Positions 1-12,649 of a DNA stretch of 64,000 nucleotides are shown here, in pieces (position 1 is the stretch's first letter; each line of letters opens with the position of its first letter). A program made the position numbers and the translations under genes. The notes beneath the pieces are model-generated. The model saw only the letters and a program-made list of their open reading frames with translations, was not told the DNA's origin and searched no databases. The DNA is from Chiloscyllium plagiosum (taxonomy: Eukaryota). The stretch covers positions 8,731,181-8,795,180 of the forward strand of contig NC_057718.1 in NCBI RefSeq assembly GCF_004010195.1. The letters are read 5' to 3'.

Positions 1-1685
1 GGGAATATCTTCCCTCAGCACAGCTGTAATGCTATCCCTTATCAAAAATGCCACTCCTCCTCCTCTCTTGCCTCCCTTTCTATCCTTCCTGTAGCATTTG
101 TATCCTGGAACATTAAGCTGCCAGTCCTGCCCATCCCTGAGCCATGTTTCTGTAATTGCTATGATATCCCAGTCCCATGTTCCTAACCATGCCCTGAGTT
201 CATCTGCCTTCCCTGTTAGGCCCCTTGCATTGAAATAAATGCAGTTTAATTTATTCGTCCTACCTTGTCCCTGCCTGCCCTGACTCTTTGACTCGCTTCT
301 GTTCTCAACTGTACCAGTCTCAGGTTGATCTCTTTCCTCACTATCTCCCTGGGTCCCCACCTTACTAGTTTAAATCCTCCTGAGCAGCTCAAGCAAATTT
401 CCCTGCCAGTATATTCGTCCCCTTCCAATTCAGGTGCAATCCGTCCTTACTGTACAGGTCACTTCTACCCCAGAAGATATTCCAATGATCCAAAAATGTG
501 AATCCTTCTCTTGTACATCAGCTCCTCAGCCATGCATTCATCTGCTCTATCCTCCTATTCCTACCCTCACTAGTTCGTAGCACCGGGAGTAATCCAGATA
601 TTACTACCCTCGAGGACCTCCTTTTTAAATTCCTGACTAATTCTCTGTAATCTCCCTTCAGAATCTCATCCTTTTCCCTTCCTTGTTGTTAGTTCCAATG
701 TATACAGTGACCTCCTGCTGGTCCCTCTCCCCTTTGAGAACATTCTGAGACATCCTTGATCCAGACACCAGGGAGGCAACACACCATTCTGATTTTTTGC
801 TGCTGGCCACAGAAATGCCTGTCTGTGCCTCTGACTAGAGAGTCCCCTATCACAATCGAACACTTAAAACCCAATGTACCCCTCGTTACATTAAAGCCTG
901 TCTCGATATCAGAAACTTGGCTGTTTGTGCTACTTCTCCCCCTGAGAGCCCATCATCCTCTAAATTTTCCCAAACGGCACACTTGTTTGAAATCGGGATA
1001 GCCACAGAAGACTCCTGCACCACCCGCCTACTTCTCTTACTTTTCCTGGAGATAACCCATCTACCTGACTCTATCTGCAGATTTTCTCCCTTCCTGTAAC
1101 TGCTGTCCATCACACCCAATAACTCCAGGCTAACTTAGTACTTATGGTTTATACTTTTAAAATTTAATCAAGAGATAGATCTCAATAAAACACATAATCA
1201 AGGAAGAACCCACTTTACTCTCTACTGTATACTTACAGCAAGGTTACATGGTAAAAAACTATGCACATATCTATTCCTGTGCTGTGAGCTGTCCCACACA
1301 CGTTCCTCCAAGGTCAGCTGTGAATTTTGCTGTTTGTTCATTTTTCCTGGACGTACTCTGATGTCCAGAGATACATGAACTCAAACAGTAAAGGCAGTAA
1401 CTGTGCAGATTCACTGCGGTGTCAGTTATCAGTGTAGGTTTCTTTCTATCTCTCCCTCACTGACCATGTGATCGCTGCCTTTTGTCTGTCTTTCTCCCTT
1501 TTAAAAGTGCCATTGTTTTGACTTGTTTTTCTCCAAAGTTGCAAAACAGCACAACAGCTTATAAAACAGTGATTGCTGTTCCTGGAATTCAAGGAAATCA
1601 CCTCCAACACCGAAAACATCTCAAAAAAGGAGATCTTACAGCCACAATTTTTCCCCTCCTCCATCTTGAATTACCCAGAATCCAT
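1..1685 (-). mobile_element. CR1 LINE 5' portion: probable 5'UTR (~1121-1685), degraded ORF1 esterase (~400-1120), start of ORF2 APE endonuclease (1-252)
   Basis: Minus strand 252->1 reads LNCIYFNARGLTGKADELRAWLGTWDWDIIAITETWL...RKDRKGGKRGGGVA (APE endonuclease). 689-874 reads IVIGDSLVRGTDRHFC...RMVCCLPG (SGNH esterase typical of CR1 ORF1). The UTR assignment is inferred from position. Confidence 0.9.
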
Positions 1686-2254
1686 TGAATGTGGATGTGA
1701 TTGTTTGCAAGTCTGTACGTATTATTGATTGTTGAGTGTGTGATCGAGAAACTATCAAAACTTTGACACGCTATTTAGTTATAATGGCTCATCAATTTCC
1801 TTTTACACAATGACATTGACCTGTTCATTATTTGGTAAATGCCATTGATATTTGCTACAACTCCCTGGTTAAATGTGCACTCAGACTTGGTATTTAGTAC
1901 ATTGGCAGTTTGAGAGATAAAGTGATTGCATAACCTTTAAATATTGTGTAAAACCTCATCACTTTGAAGGGATGGGAAATGTCATTTATGATGGGCATCT
2001 TGACGTTAAACTCAGATTGATTGTACACAGCAGAATACAACGCAACATAAAGCTAAAAAATTGTGACAGATTATTTACCTGCAAAGATTTTGAAATACAA
2101 TGATAAGAACCACTGACCTTTACCCAAACCCATCTGATTAGCTTATGAGATTGACAGCAGCAGGTAAACAGCCAATGGTAATTATGTACTGACTTGTGCA
2201 GCTAGGCAGACTGCTGCTCCAAGTATATTTTCGAGGGACAATTGAATATATTTT

Positions 2255-2538
2255 TCTGTATTCATTCACAGATTGAGAGCCATCATGGCTAGGCAGCATT
2301 TATTGCCCAACCCTAATTACCTGAAGGGCAGCTGATAGTCAACCCCATTGCTGGGGTCTGGAGTCATGTGTAGACCAGACCAGGAAAGGATAGCAGCTTC
2401 CTTCCCTCAAAGACATCATTGAACCCAAAAAGTGTTTTCCCAATGGATTTATGGTCACCATTAGATGTTTAAATGCAATTTTTAAAGAATGAATTAAATT
2501 TCCACCATCTACTATGGTAGGATTTGAATGCAGTTCCA
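2255..2538 (-). mobile_element. tRNA-derived SINE, type B (tail shared with L2/Crack-like LINE)
   Basis: Reverse complement matches copies at 3535, 12650 and 26383 (ggtggaatttgaattc...ggttcactaatgtcc...gactccagacc...gggcaataaatgct). Confidence 0.75.
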
Positions 2539-2544
2539 CAGAAC

Positions 2545-3355
2545 CACCCCCCCGCCCACCCCCCCAAGTCCTTACCTACCACACCCCCGTCCAAGGCCCC
2601 AAAGGAGCCTTCCACATCCATCAGAGATTTACCTACACTTCCATCCATGTCATTCACTACATCCGTTGCTTCTAACACCTAAAACTATGCACTTATCTAC
2701 TCCTGTGATGTGAGCTCACCCACACAGGTTCCTCCAAGATCAGCTGTGAATTTCACTGTTTGTTGCAGTCTCCTCTACAGTGGGGAGACTGGACGCCTAT
2801 TTGCAGAATGCTTCAGAAACCATCTCCAGGACACATACACGAAGCAACCCCACTGCCCCTTGGCTGAGCGCTTTAACTCCACCTCCCACTCTGCCAAGGA
2901 CACGCCGGTCCTGGGCCTCCTCCATTGCCAAACCCTTACCAGCCGATGCCTGGAGGAAGAAGGCCCCACCTCCTGCCTTGGGACCCTCTAACCACATCGT
3001 ATCAATGTGGATTTCACCAGTTTCCTTATTTCCCGTTCCCCCCCCCCACCTTATCCCAGTTCCAATCTTCCAACTCGGCACCTCCCTCTTGACTTGTCCT
3101 ACCTGTCCATCTTCCTTCCCACCTATCCGTTCTACCCTCCTCTCTGACCTATCACCTTCTCCCCCACCTTCATCTACTTATTGCACTCTCAGCTACCTTT
3201 CCCCAAACTCTACCCTATCCCACTTATCTCTGACCCCGCCTTGGCCCACATTGCTCATTCCTGATGAAGGGCTTATGCCCAAAATGTTGCTTCTCCTGCT
3301 CCTCGGATGCTGCCTGACTGGCTGTGCTTTTCCAGCACCACACTCTCGACTCTTT
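2545..3355 (+). mobile_element. Penelope-like element (family 1) 3' part, degraded GIY-YIG endonuclease plus terminal region
   Basis: Translation TPVQGPKGAFHIHQRFTYTS..IHYIRC / CSLLYSGETGRLFAECFRNHL (GIY-YIG); pyrimidine-rich spacer; terminal ctgatgaagggcttatgccc...ttttccagcaccacactct. Confidence 0.88.
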
Positions 3356-3534
3356 GATTGACAGTCCAACAATGATACCACCAGGCCAGCACCTTCCCAG
3401 GGGCCACCTGTTAGATGGGCTATTACACCAACACCCCATCTGCTCCCTCAGGTCGCCCTTCAATGTTTTGAAGGAGACGAGAGGATTTATTTACTCCTGA
3501 CTCCTGAACTATAATTTATCTTTCACTTCAAGTC

Positions 3535-3850
3535 ACAGGGAGCTAATGGTCTAGTTATTATCACTGAGCTATTGATCCAGAGACCCAGGTAATATTCTGG
3601 GGTCCTGAATTCAAAATGTAATGGATGGTGGAATTTGAATTCAGTAAAAGTCTGGAGTGAACCATCTATTGATAGCCTTGAAACCACTGTTTGTGATGGA
3701 ACAGAAGAATCATTTAGTTCATTAATGTCCTCAGAGAGGGAAATTGTTGTTGGTATCTGGTGTGACCTAAATATAGTTGACTCTCAAATGCCCTCTGGGT
3801 AATAAATACTGGCCTAGCCAGTGACACCCACACCCTGTGAATAAATAAGA
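3535..3850 (+). mobile_element. tRNA-derived SINE, type B
   Basis: Degenerate A/B-box head, ggtggaatttgaattc core and ggcctagccagtgacacccaca tail. Confidence 0.7.
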
Positions 3851-4029
3851 AACAGATCAACTGGCCACTTGCTATAATTGTGGGATCTAACTGTGCACAA
3901 ATTGGTTTTGGCGTTTGTTAACAGCAATGACTACGCTGCAAACTATGGGCAGTACTAGTGACCTGGGAGAGCTGGATGTCAAGATAAATTTTCAATTCTT
4001 TCTATTTTAGCAAAACCCGATGTCAGTAG

Positions 4030-4860
4030 GTTTCGAAGCTACATCCTGTGGTGGCTGGTGTCACACCTGGCACTGAGGAAAATGTGGTCATCAACTAGCA
4101 ACTATTTTAGCCCTGGGATCTTTTTTTTTGCATAGTTGTTCAAATGATGCGTGCATCACTGGTTCGGCCAGCATTTATTGCCTATCCCTAATTGCCCTTG
4201 AACTGCACAGTTTCCAGGCCATTTCAGAGGCCAGTTAAGAGTCATTTAAGAGGCACTGCTGTGAGTCTGGAGTCACATGTCACAGACACTGGGTAAGGAT
4301 AATAGGTTTCCTTCCTTCAAGGGCATTGGCCACCCAGGTGGGTATTTGGAACAATCAGCAATGGTTACATTTGTCATCAATACAGCAGTTTTTCATTCCA
4401 GATTTTATTGAATTCAAATTTCATCATGTGATTCAATTCTGAACCTTAGTCTGGGACTCGGGACTATGAGCTTAGCGACGCTACCATTATACCATTGTCT
4501 CTCCTAGTACAATGAGAATTTTCAGGGAATAATCCTTGGCCCAGCCATCTGCACTGTTCAGATGACAACGTTCAATTCATATTTCATCCACAAATTAAGC
4601 AGCTCTGGGCATGTCTCAGCAGTCCATGACTCTCCATGTAGAAGATTGGGCAGACAGGTGAGAAAGTATCATTTGCTCAAGAGAAGCAGTGGGTAATTAT
4701 TCATCTCAAACAAGAAAAAAATACCCTGTCATGTCCCATGTAATCCTCAATAATAACTGTCCCAAAAATCCACCATCTTCAGTCTCATTGGAGTCAACAC
4801 TGGCGAGTGATATTCATTCCAACACTGTGGCTCTCATGCTGTGTATACTTAAAGAGCGCA
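4030..4860 (+). mobile_element. Old L2/Crack-like LINE RT fragment, interrupted by a SINE at ~4140-4500
   Basis: Degenerate similarity to the reverse complement of the RT region of the 25760-29810 element. Confidence 0.45.
4140..4500 (-). mobile_element. tRNA-derived SINE, type B
   Basis: ggccagcatttattgcctatccctaattgccc...gagtcacatgt...attgaattcaaattt. Confidence 0.72.
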
Positions 4861-4884
4861 TTAATATTTGTATTTAACATGAAG

Positions 4885-5085
4885 CTGATATAATGGTGAC
4901 CATTCAACCAATGCTAATTGTTGTAAAAACCCATCAGGTTCACTAAAGCCCTTTAGGGAAAGACAATCTGCCATCCTTACTTGGTCTGGCCTACATATGA
5001 CTCTAGATTCACAGTCATGTGATTGACTCTTAATTGTGGACAATTAGAGATGGGTAATCCATGTTGTCCTACTCAGTGATCCTCA
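4885..5085 (+). mobile_element. SINE type B, 3' half
   Basis: ggttcactaaagccctttaggg...ctgccatccttacttggtctggcctacatatgactc. Confidence 0.7.
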
Positions 5086-5089
5086 CTTC

Positions 5090-5320
5090 CAATTCCTTCG
5101 CCCAAAGGTCATAAATCTATGGAATTCTCTGTCTCTTGAGGTTAGGGATGCTCATTCATTGAGAATATTCAAGGCTGAAGTCAATAGATTTGTAGCAAGA
5201 AATAAAGCTAAGGGATTTGGCAACCATGCTAGAAGGTGATCAACTCAGATCATGTTGAATGGAGGAGCAAGATTGAGGGACGAAATAGTATACTCCAGTA
5301 GTATTCTTTATTTTCTTATG
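5090..5320 (+). mobile_element. Old CR1 3' end fragment
   Basis: tggaattctct...atattcaaggctgaagtcaatagattt...gaatggaggagcaag, CR1 3' terminal pattern. Confidence 0.6.
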
Positions 5321-5671
5321 TACTGCTTTCCCCTTGCCAATGCAGGCTTTACTAGCTTTGTTGGCAGAACATGACCTTCTTACTCTCAGGAATTGTGGGT
5401 TCAAGTCCCATGCGGGGTACTGTTGTGTTTACGTGAAGAGTTGATGGCCCCAGTGAAATTATTGCCAATAATAAGTGGACATAACTTTGAAGTGAAAGGC
5501 AGGATATTTAGAGGAAAACTTTTTTTTTGCCCAGAAGGTGGTTGGAGTTTGGAATGCACTGTCTGGAAGGATGTTTAAGGTGGGAAACCTCACAAACTTT
5601 AAAAAATACTTGGTAGTACAGATAGTCAACACTTTATCCAAAATCTGAAAAGCTCTGAAATCCAAAGGTTT

Positions 5672-6515
5672 TAGAGTCATAGAGTCATAGAGATGTACAG
5701 CATGGAAACCGACCCTTCGGACCAACCCGTCCATGCCGACCAGATACCCCAACTCAATCTAGTCCCACCTGCCAGCACCCGGCCCATATCCCTCCAAACC
5801 CTTCCTATTCAATCACCCATTGAGATGCCTCTTAAATGTTGCAGTTGTACCAGCCTCCACCACATCCTCTGGCAGCTCATTCCATACACGAACCACCTTC
5901 TGCGTGAAAAAGTTGCCCCTTAGGTCTCTTTTATGTCTTTCCCTTGTCACCCNNNNNNNNNNNNNNNNNNNNNNNNNNNNNNNNNNNNNNNNNNNNNNNN
6001 NNNNNNNNNNNNNNNNNNNNNNNNNNNNNNNNNNNNNNNNNNNNNNNNNNNNNNNNNNNNNNNNNNNNNNNNNNNNNNNNNNNNNNNNNNNNNNNNNNNN
6101 NNNNNNNNNNNNNNNNNNNNNNNNNNNNNNNNNNNNNNNNNNNNNNNNNNNNNNNNNNNNNNNNNNNNNNNNNNNNNNNNNNNNNNNNNNNNNNNNNNNN
6201 NNNNNNNNNNNNNNNNNNNNNNAGCACCTCACATTTATCTGAATTAAACTCCATCTGCCAATTCTCAGCCCATTGGCCAATCTGGTCAAGATCTTGTTGT
6301 ATTCTGAGGTAACCTTTGTCGCTGTCCACTACACCTCCAATTTTGGTGTCATCTGCATTACTAACTGTACCTCTTATGCTCGCATCCAAATCATTTATGT
6401 AAATGACAAAAAGTAGAGGACCCAGCACCGATCCTTGTGGCACTCCACTGGTCACAGGCCTCCACTCTGAAAAACAACCCTGTGTCTTCTACCTTTGAAC
6501 CAGTTCTGTATCCCT
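5672..6515 (-). mobile_element. Young CR1 (HER1-type) LINE 3' part spanning a gap
   Basis: RT motifs SGVPQGSVLGPLLFVIYINDL..ADDTK; RGNFFTQKVVRVWNELP; (ctatgact)n tail. Confidence 0.93.
5953..6222. other. Assembly gap
   Basis: Run of N. Confidence 1.
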
Positions 6516-7319
6516 GTAATCCATGAGATTTTTTTTCTCACTAACAAGCTTGTTTGGCATGCAAACAGTTAACCCAACTCCACACCCACTCGATGCATGT
6601 CACTCAGATGTGACATGGGGGACGTGTCCCAGCACTGGCAGGCCTCAATTCAGTCTCAGGGCCCGTGGTGCTCACAGTGTCTGCTGCTCAGTAAGAATTG
6701 TTAAAATTTCACCAAACTTTCTCTTATTCTGAAATTTGAAAAATTCCGAATTCCAAAAACCAGCTGGTTCCAAGTGTTTCACCTAAAGGATTTTGTACCT
6801 GTAATATATTTTTGGCAGTATGGACTGGGTGGGTTGAAGGGCCCCCTCTATGCTGTAGGATTCTATGATTCAATTGATAGATCAGGCTGGAATCCTGTCA
6901 TTGCAGAATTCCAAAGAACAGAAGAACCAGATAAGGTTGAAAATTGACCACTACCTTCTCAGTACAAATAGGGATTGGTGGTAAATGGAGCTTTGCCAGT
7001 GGCCACTGTAACTTGAGAACAAATTATGTTAGAACAAAGTATTGCCATAGCTGGGTTTTGAAAGTCATCCTTTCCCTTTAGACCTATGACTTATACAGGG
7101 ATGTCAGAACCACACAAAATCAGATCATGTGGCTACTTAAAAAGATACAGTTCCTACAAACACCAAATCTCCCGAGCAAGTGCTGGTCACCTGATATTTG
7201 AGGGATCGGGAGCAGAGGGCATTGAACCTGCTAACCTTATGAAGATTTCATTGATAGGATGACAAGAGGAGGTGGATAGGGTTGAAATCTGTAAAAGGCC
7301 CTTGCAGATTTATGTTAAA

Positions 7320-7548
7320 CAAAACAAAACCCAAAGAGTTACAAATGCTGGAAACCAGAAATGAAAGCAGAAATTGCTGGAGAAACTCAGTAGGTCTGAC
7401 AGCATTTGTGGAGAGAGAGTAAGTTAATGTTTCGAGTCTGGGGATTTTTCTTCTGAAGATGAATCTGAAGAATAGGAACTGGATCTAAAACGTTAGCTCT
7501 GCTTTCTCTCTATAGATGCTGCCAGACCTGCTGAGTTTCTGTTTTTGT
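7320..7548. mobile_element. Fold-back mini Penelope-like element (family 3)
   Basis: Inverted arms agaaactcagtaggtctgacagcat / atgctgccagacctgctgagtttct; degenerate ctgaagaa..aaaacgtt core. Confidence 0.7.
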
Positions 7549-8336
7549 TGTATATTTACATTCTTTGTCCCAAAAGGTCTTATGTGCTTACAGCTCAGCA
7601 ATGTTAGAAAGCCATCAGTTTACTTATTCTGCATGACTGCCTGACAAACCTGTATATTATACCATGTTAGCAGTTACTCGGAAAGCATTGTCCAGTGAGA
7701 ATAGAGCCATAGACTGTTACAGCACAGAATGAGGCTGTTCAACCCAAAATTTCTCTGCTGGCTCATGGCTAGCACAATCAAAAACCAACCCGGTTTCCCA
7801 AGTTCAGTGTCTCTCTGTACTCCAACTACTTATCTAATCTTGTCTTCCTCCACTATTCCCAATATCAAAGCACTTCATGGTTCACATACCACACTACTCA
7901 AAGAAACATCTTCCTACCACTGTCCTCCCTCTCATTTTAAAATGCTGGTTCCATATCACTAATTTCCCAATTACAGGAAATATTCTTGCCCTGCTCATTT
8001 TATCAAAAACAGTTCACATCATGAAGCATTCAATTAAATTTCCTGTTGGCTTCACATTGCTGGTATCATTCTGGTTCATTTACACTGAACACTTTATAGT
8101 TTTAATATCTTCTTTAATGACAAGGTGCCCCGAGTTGGACAGCACTGGGTGTATTATCTTGTAGAATTTCATTTTAAATTTTCCATAATTTCACAAACAA
8201 TAGATGCATCCAATTATAACCTCAGAAACTTAAGGTTTGTGTTGCCAGGAAACTGGCAAATTGAAGAAATGATTGTCCACGGTTCTTCTAGTCGTTTGTT
8301 GACAGGAATGGTTTCGCTTTCCCTTTGAGAAAAAAC

Positions 8337-8745
8337 GTCAGAACTAGGAGCAGGAGTAATCCCTTCAGGCCCTCCAGCCTGCTCCAACATTTGATACAAT
8401 CATGGCTGATCTCCCCTTGACCTCAGCTCCACTCTCCTGCCCCCCTCTCCATAACCTATTACTAATTAAAAATCTGTCTGTCTCTGCCTTAATTTTATTC
8501 AGTGTCCCAGCATCCCCCACACTCTGAGGGAGTGAATTCCAGATCCATGACCCTCCTCATCCCTGTTTTCAATCTGCCACCCCTTATTCTAAACCAGTGA
8601 CCTCTTGTTCTAATTACCCCACATGAGGAAACATCCTCTCTATGTTTACATTCCAAAGCCTTTTAGCTTCTCAGCTAGACCTCTGACCATCGTTCTGAAC
8701 CAGAGAGACTGTAGCACTAAACTGCTCAATCTTTCCTCATAAAAC
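8337..8745 (-). mobile_element. CR1 3' fragment
   Basis: gaactaggagcaggagt...cagcctgctcc..cattt...atcatggctgatct, reverse CR1 3' terminus. Confidence 0.7.
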
Positions 8746-8819
8746 CATCATCTCTGAATGAGACGCTGTCTGACTCTTGATCTACACCATATCGTACATC
8801 GCACTGCTCTCTGCATTTC

Positions 8820-9172
8820 TTTTTTACCTCATTCGCACGATAGGATGTCGTTGACAAACATTTATTGTCCATCCCTTATCACCCAGAGGGGAGTTAACCA
8901 CATTGCTGTGGGTCTGGAGTTACATATAGACCAGGCCAGACCAGACCAAGTAAGGATGGCAGATTTCCTTCCCTTAATGACATTAGTGAACCAGGTGCGA
9001 TTGTTCCTGAAAATCAATTTCACATTCTCCATTAGACTCATAATTCCAGATTTTTACTGGATTCAAATTCCAACATCTGCATGTCAGGGTTTGAAACCGG
9101 GTCCCCAGAATGTAACTTGAATCTCTGGATTAATAAGGTCTAGCAATAATAGAGCGAGGCCATCAGCTCCCT
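8820..9172 (-). mobile_element. tRNA-derived SINE, type B
   Basis: cacattgctgtgggtctggagt...gtaaggatggcagatttccttccc...gacattagtgaacc; reverse B-box ggtttgaaacc. Confidence 0.78.
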
Positions 9173-9344
9173 AACTCACAAGAATACATTTCTTCCTTCA
9201 GTTTCTTGTACAGAATGGCTAATATCACTCACATTATTGCATCGGCATCACCATCTCACTATCATGCCCATTCTCACTACAACACGCATATCGTGAGAAT
9301 AATACCACAGCAGCCAGATTGCTCTCCTTATCCTCATTCTCTAG

Positions 9345-10028
9345 AGAGTAGAGTCATGGGATGTGCAGAATAGAAGCAGGTCCTTCGGTCCAACACATCT
9401 ACGCCGACCAGATATCCTAAACTAAGCTAGTCCCATTTGCCAGCATTTGGCTCCATCGCCACTCCCTCACCACCCGACGCCTGGAGGAAGAATTCCTCAT
9501 CTTCGCCTCGGCACCCTCCAACCCCATGGCATCAATTTGGACTTCACCAGTTTCCTCATTTCCCTATCCCCCCACCTTACCCTAGTTCCAAACTTCCGGC
9601 TCAGCACCGTCCTCGTGACCTGTCTTATCTGGTCTGCCTTCCCTCCCACCGATTTGCTCACCTTCCTCTCCAACCTATCACCTTCACCCCCACCTCCATC
9701 CACCTATTGCATTCTCAGCTACCTTCCCCCCAGCCCCACCCCCTCCCATTTATCTCTTCACCCCCGAGGTTCCCAACCTCATTCCTGATGAGGGGCTTTT
9801 GTCCGAAATGTCGACTTTCCTGCTCCTCGGATGCTGCCTGACCTGCTGAGCTTTTCCAGCAGTACTCTAATCTTGACCCATATCCCTCCAAATCCTTCCT
9901 GTTCATCTACCCATCCAGATGCCTTTTGAATGCTAAAATTGTACCAGCCTCCACCACTTTCTCTGGCAGCTCATTCCAAACAAGCACTATCTTCTGGGTG
10001 AAAAAGCTGCCCCTTAGGTCCTTTTTAA
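9345..10028 (-). mobile_element. CR1 (HER1-type) 3' end, split by a Penelope insertion
   Basis: agagtcat tail; ctagtcccatttgccagcatttgg resumes at cccatatccctccaaatcc after 9873. Confidence 0.85.
9449..9873 (+). mobile_element. Penelope-like element (family 1) 3' part
   Basis: cgacgcctggaggaagaattcctcatcttcgcctcggcaccctccaacc (GIY-YIG C-terminus) and terminal ctgatgaggggcttttgtccgaaatgtc. Confidence 0.88.
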
Positions 10029-10189
10029 ATCAATCAATCCCCATTCACCTACGATCTGTTCGACTGGGTTTCTCAAGTGTAGCATGATTACTGAGTTACT
10101 CCTCTTGGCAATCTGCGCAGGCAGTGGTGGCCCTGCTGAGATTGTGATGCGCTTTGATGGCGTGAAATTTCGCAAAAAACTCTGCACAA

Positions 10190-10822
10190 AAGCAGTATCA
10201 AAAATGTGCAGATGGAGGGAAAGTTTGAGAAAGTGGATCAAAAGACAGGCAGCATCGTGGGCTTTATAAGCAGAGAGATAGAGCTTAAAAGTAAGGTGGT
10301 TATGAGTAACATTTTGTCGAACAGTGACCCAGCCTCAGCTGCAGGATTGCGTCCAACTCTTGCCATTACACTTTGGGAAAGGTATAAAGGTTTTGGAGAG
10401 GCTTCAGGAAAGATTCACTAGCGTGGCTCCAGGGATGAGGGGCTCCAGTTACGAGAACAGACTGCAAACTGAAACTGTTATGATCGAAGACCAGAAGGTT
10501 GAGAGGAGATATCTTAGATGTGTTCACAATCATGAGGGGTCTGGGCAGAGAAGATAGTGAGAAACTGTCCCCTTTGACATAAGGTTCAAACCAGAGGACG
10601 TTGAATTTAGGTGTTTGGCAAAAGGACCAGAGGTGAGATTTAGAAAATCCTTTTGGAACAATGAGTATTTGGGATCTGGAAAATGCATTTCCTGATAGTG
10701 TGGTGGAGGCAAAATCAATTGTAGTTTCCAAATAGGAAAATTCTTTCACTCAAAGTATTGCGAATCTTTGGTAGGTTTTACCCCAAAGTATTAGGGAAAC
10801 AATTTCACTGAATATGTTCAAG
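10190..10822 (+). mobile_element. Old CR1 ORF2 C-terminal fragment(s)
   Basis: IKVLERLQERFTSVAPGMRGSSYENRL, homologous to CR1 LERVQRRFTRMLPG. Confidence 0.75.
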
Positions 10823-10847
10823 GTTGGTACAGACAAATGGAATAGGT

Positions 10848-11052
10848 GAAGGTGAGGACTACAGATGCTGGAGATTAGAGTCGAGAGTGTGGTGCTGGAA
10901 AAGCACAGCAGCTCAGGCAGCATCCGAGGAGCAGGAGAGTCGACATTTTGGAGTGAGTCTGATTCCTGATGAAGGGCTTTTGCCCGAAACGTCGACCCTC
11001 CTGCTCCTCAGATGCTGCCGGACCTGCTGGGTTTTTTTCCAGCGCCACACTT
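10848..11052. mobile_element. Fold-back mini Penelope-like element (family 1)
   Basis: Minus-strand terminal arm followed by plus-strand arm; arms are reverse complements. Confidence 0.85.
10962..10996 (+). ncRNA. Minimal hammerhead ribozyme motif, core intact
   Basis: attc-CTGATGA-A-GGGC-tttt-GCCC-GAAAC-GTC-gac. Confidence 0.65.
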
Positions 11053-11309
11053 TCAATGAATGTAATATTGAGTGAAGTGACCATGTTTAGTCATTCAGTT
11101 TAATCTGCACATTATGACTGACATCATCTGCTGTCAGGCTGAGAGATTGTGGACATAAAAGCAGATTAATTCATTTAGCCTCTATTGAATTTGTTAGCTT
11201 GATACTTGGACAGATGAGTGAGTGGAAAATAAAAATGGTCAATTCATCTGAAAAGCCAGCGTACATTCTAAAGGCAGTTCAAAGGTACTAAAGTCACAAA
11301 GACGGATGA

Positions 11310-11600
11310 AAAAAGAATCACAGAAAAGAGTCATGAAACATAGCAAGGTCATTAAGATCAATGGTTTTCACAACATACAGAGGTAGAATCTCATTAATGA
11401 ACACTGACACTTCTGCTATGATTGTGACTTGGAGAGCAAGGACATTGAACAGCGTGAAGGATCCACCACAATGGGGACAATGTAAGCCTTTGGAGCATTC
11501 AAAAAGGGAATTTGGAAACAGTCCAGAGACAATCTGCTTGTCATCAAGAGTGACATCAACTTTGATCACCCATGCAGGGAGTATCTGATCCCTGGTGGCC
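11310..11600 (+). mobile_element. Possible highly decayed RTE-clade LINE fragment
   Basis: Stop-interrupted frame HFCYDCDLESKDIEQR...AFGAFKKGIWK resembles RTE FxYLGS..D.EI..RI..A..AFG.L...VW. Confidence 0.3.
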
Positions 11601-11704
11601 ACAGACCCTGAATGCCTAAATTTAGGAATATGGGAAAGATTTCTGTATTGTTAGACCTAGACCAACACTTCAGAAGTAAGTATGTTCAAGGCTTAGATAG
11701 TCCA

Positions 11705-12575
11705 GAAGATAAAGAAGCAGAGTTAGGGTTAGCCCATTTGGCCCAGCAAGTCTGCTCGACCATTTGATCATGTTTCACAACCCCAGTCTCCCCTTAACAA
11801 TCAAGAAAGCATTTCTCTCTATCTTAAATACACTCAATAACTTGACCTTCACTACCAATGAGTTCTACAAATTCACCACCCTCCAGCTGAAGAAAATCTT
11901 CCTAATCTCAATTCCGAAGGGTTGTCCCTTCACTCTGAGGCTGGGTCCTAGTCTCTCTTATTCCTGAAAACATCTTCTCCATGTCAACTCTCTCCCGGGG
12001 CCTCTCAGTATTCTCTTAGTTTCAATTTGATTCCCACTCATCTTTACTTTCACCAAGTACAGACCCAGAGTTCTCAACCTCTCCTCATAAAACAAACGCT
12101 TCATAACCAGGATCATTCTTGCAAACCTTCTCTGGACCCCTTCCAATGCCCGCACATCCTTCCTTCGATACAGAGGCAAAACTGCTCACAATATTCCAAA
12201 AGCAGTCCGACCAGAGCCTTACAGAACCTCAGCAGTAAATCCCTGCTATTGTATTCTAGCCCTCTTGAAATGAATGTTGACATTACATTTGTCTTCCTAA
12301 CCGCCAACTGAACCTGCATATTAACCTTAGGAGAATCCTCAATTAGAACTCCTAAATCCCTCTGTGCTTCAGATTTCCAAAGCCTTTCCCCATTAAAAAA
12401 AAGTCTGTGCTTCTATCCTTCCAACTAAAAGGTAGAGCCTCACGCCTTCCCACACTGTATTCCACCTGCCACTTCTTTTCCACTCCCCTAGTCCTTACCA
12501 AGTCCTTCTGCAGCCTTCCTGCCTCCTCAACACTACCTTGTCACTCCACTCACCATTGTGTCATCTGCAGCCTCG
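11705..12575 (-). mobile_element. CR1 ORF2 3' fragment
   Basis: ALEGVQRRFARMI; LLRFCKALVGLLLEYCEQF; CR1 3' terminus at 11705-11770. Confidence 0.88.
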
Positions 12576-12649
12576 GTCCAAACATGGACAAAAGAGCTGA
12601 ATGCCAGAGATGAGGTGAGGCGGATGTTCTGATGGACCTGCCTGAGTGT

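Larger units (their letters stand above)
5619..6801. mobile_element. pogo/Tigger-type non-autonomous DNA transposon, interrupted by a CR1; itself inside an older CR1 3' end
   Basis: TA|CAG start and CTG|TA end with degenerate TIRs (cagatagtcaacactttatcc / ctaaaggattttgtacctg). Confidence 0.55.
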
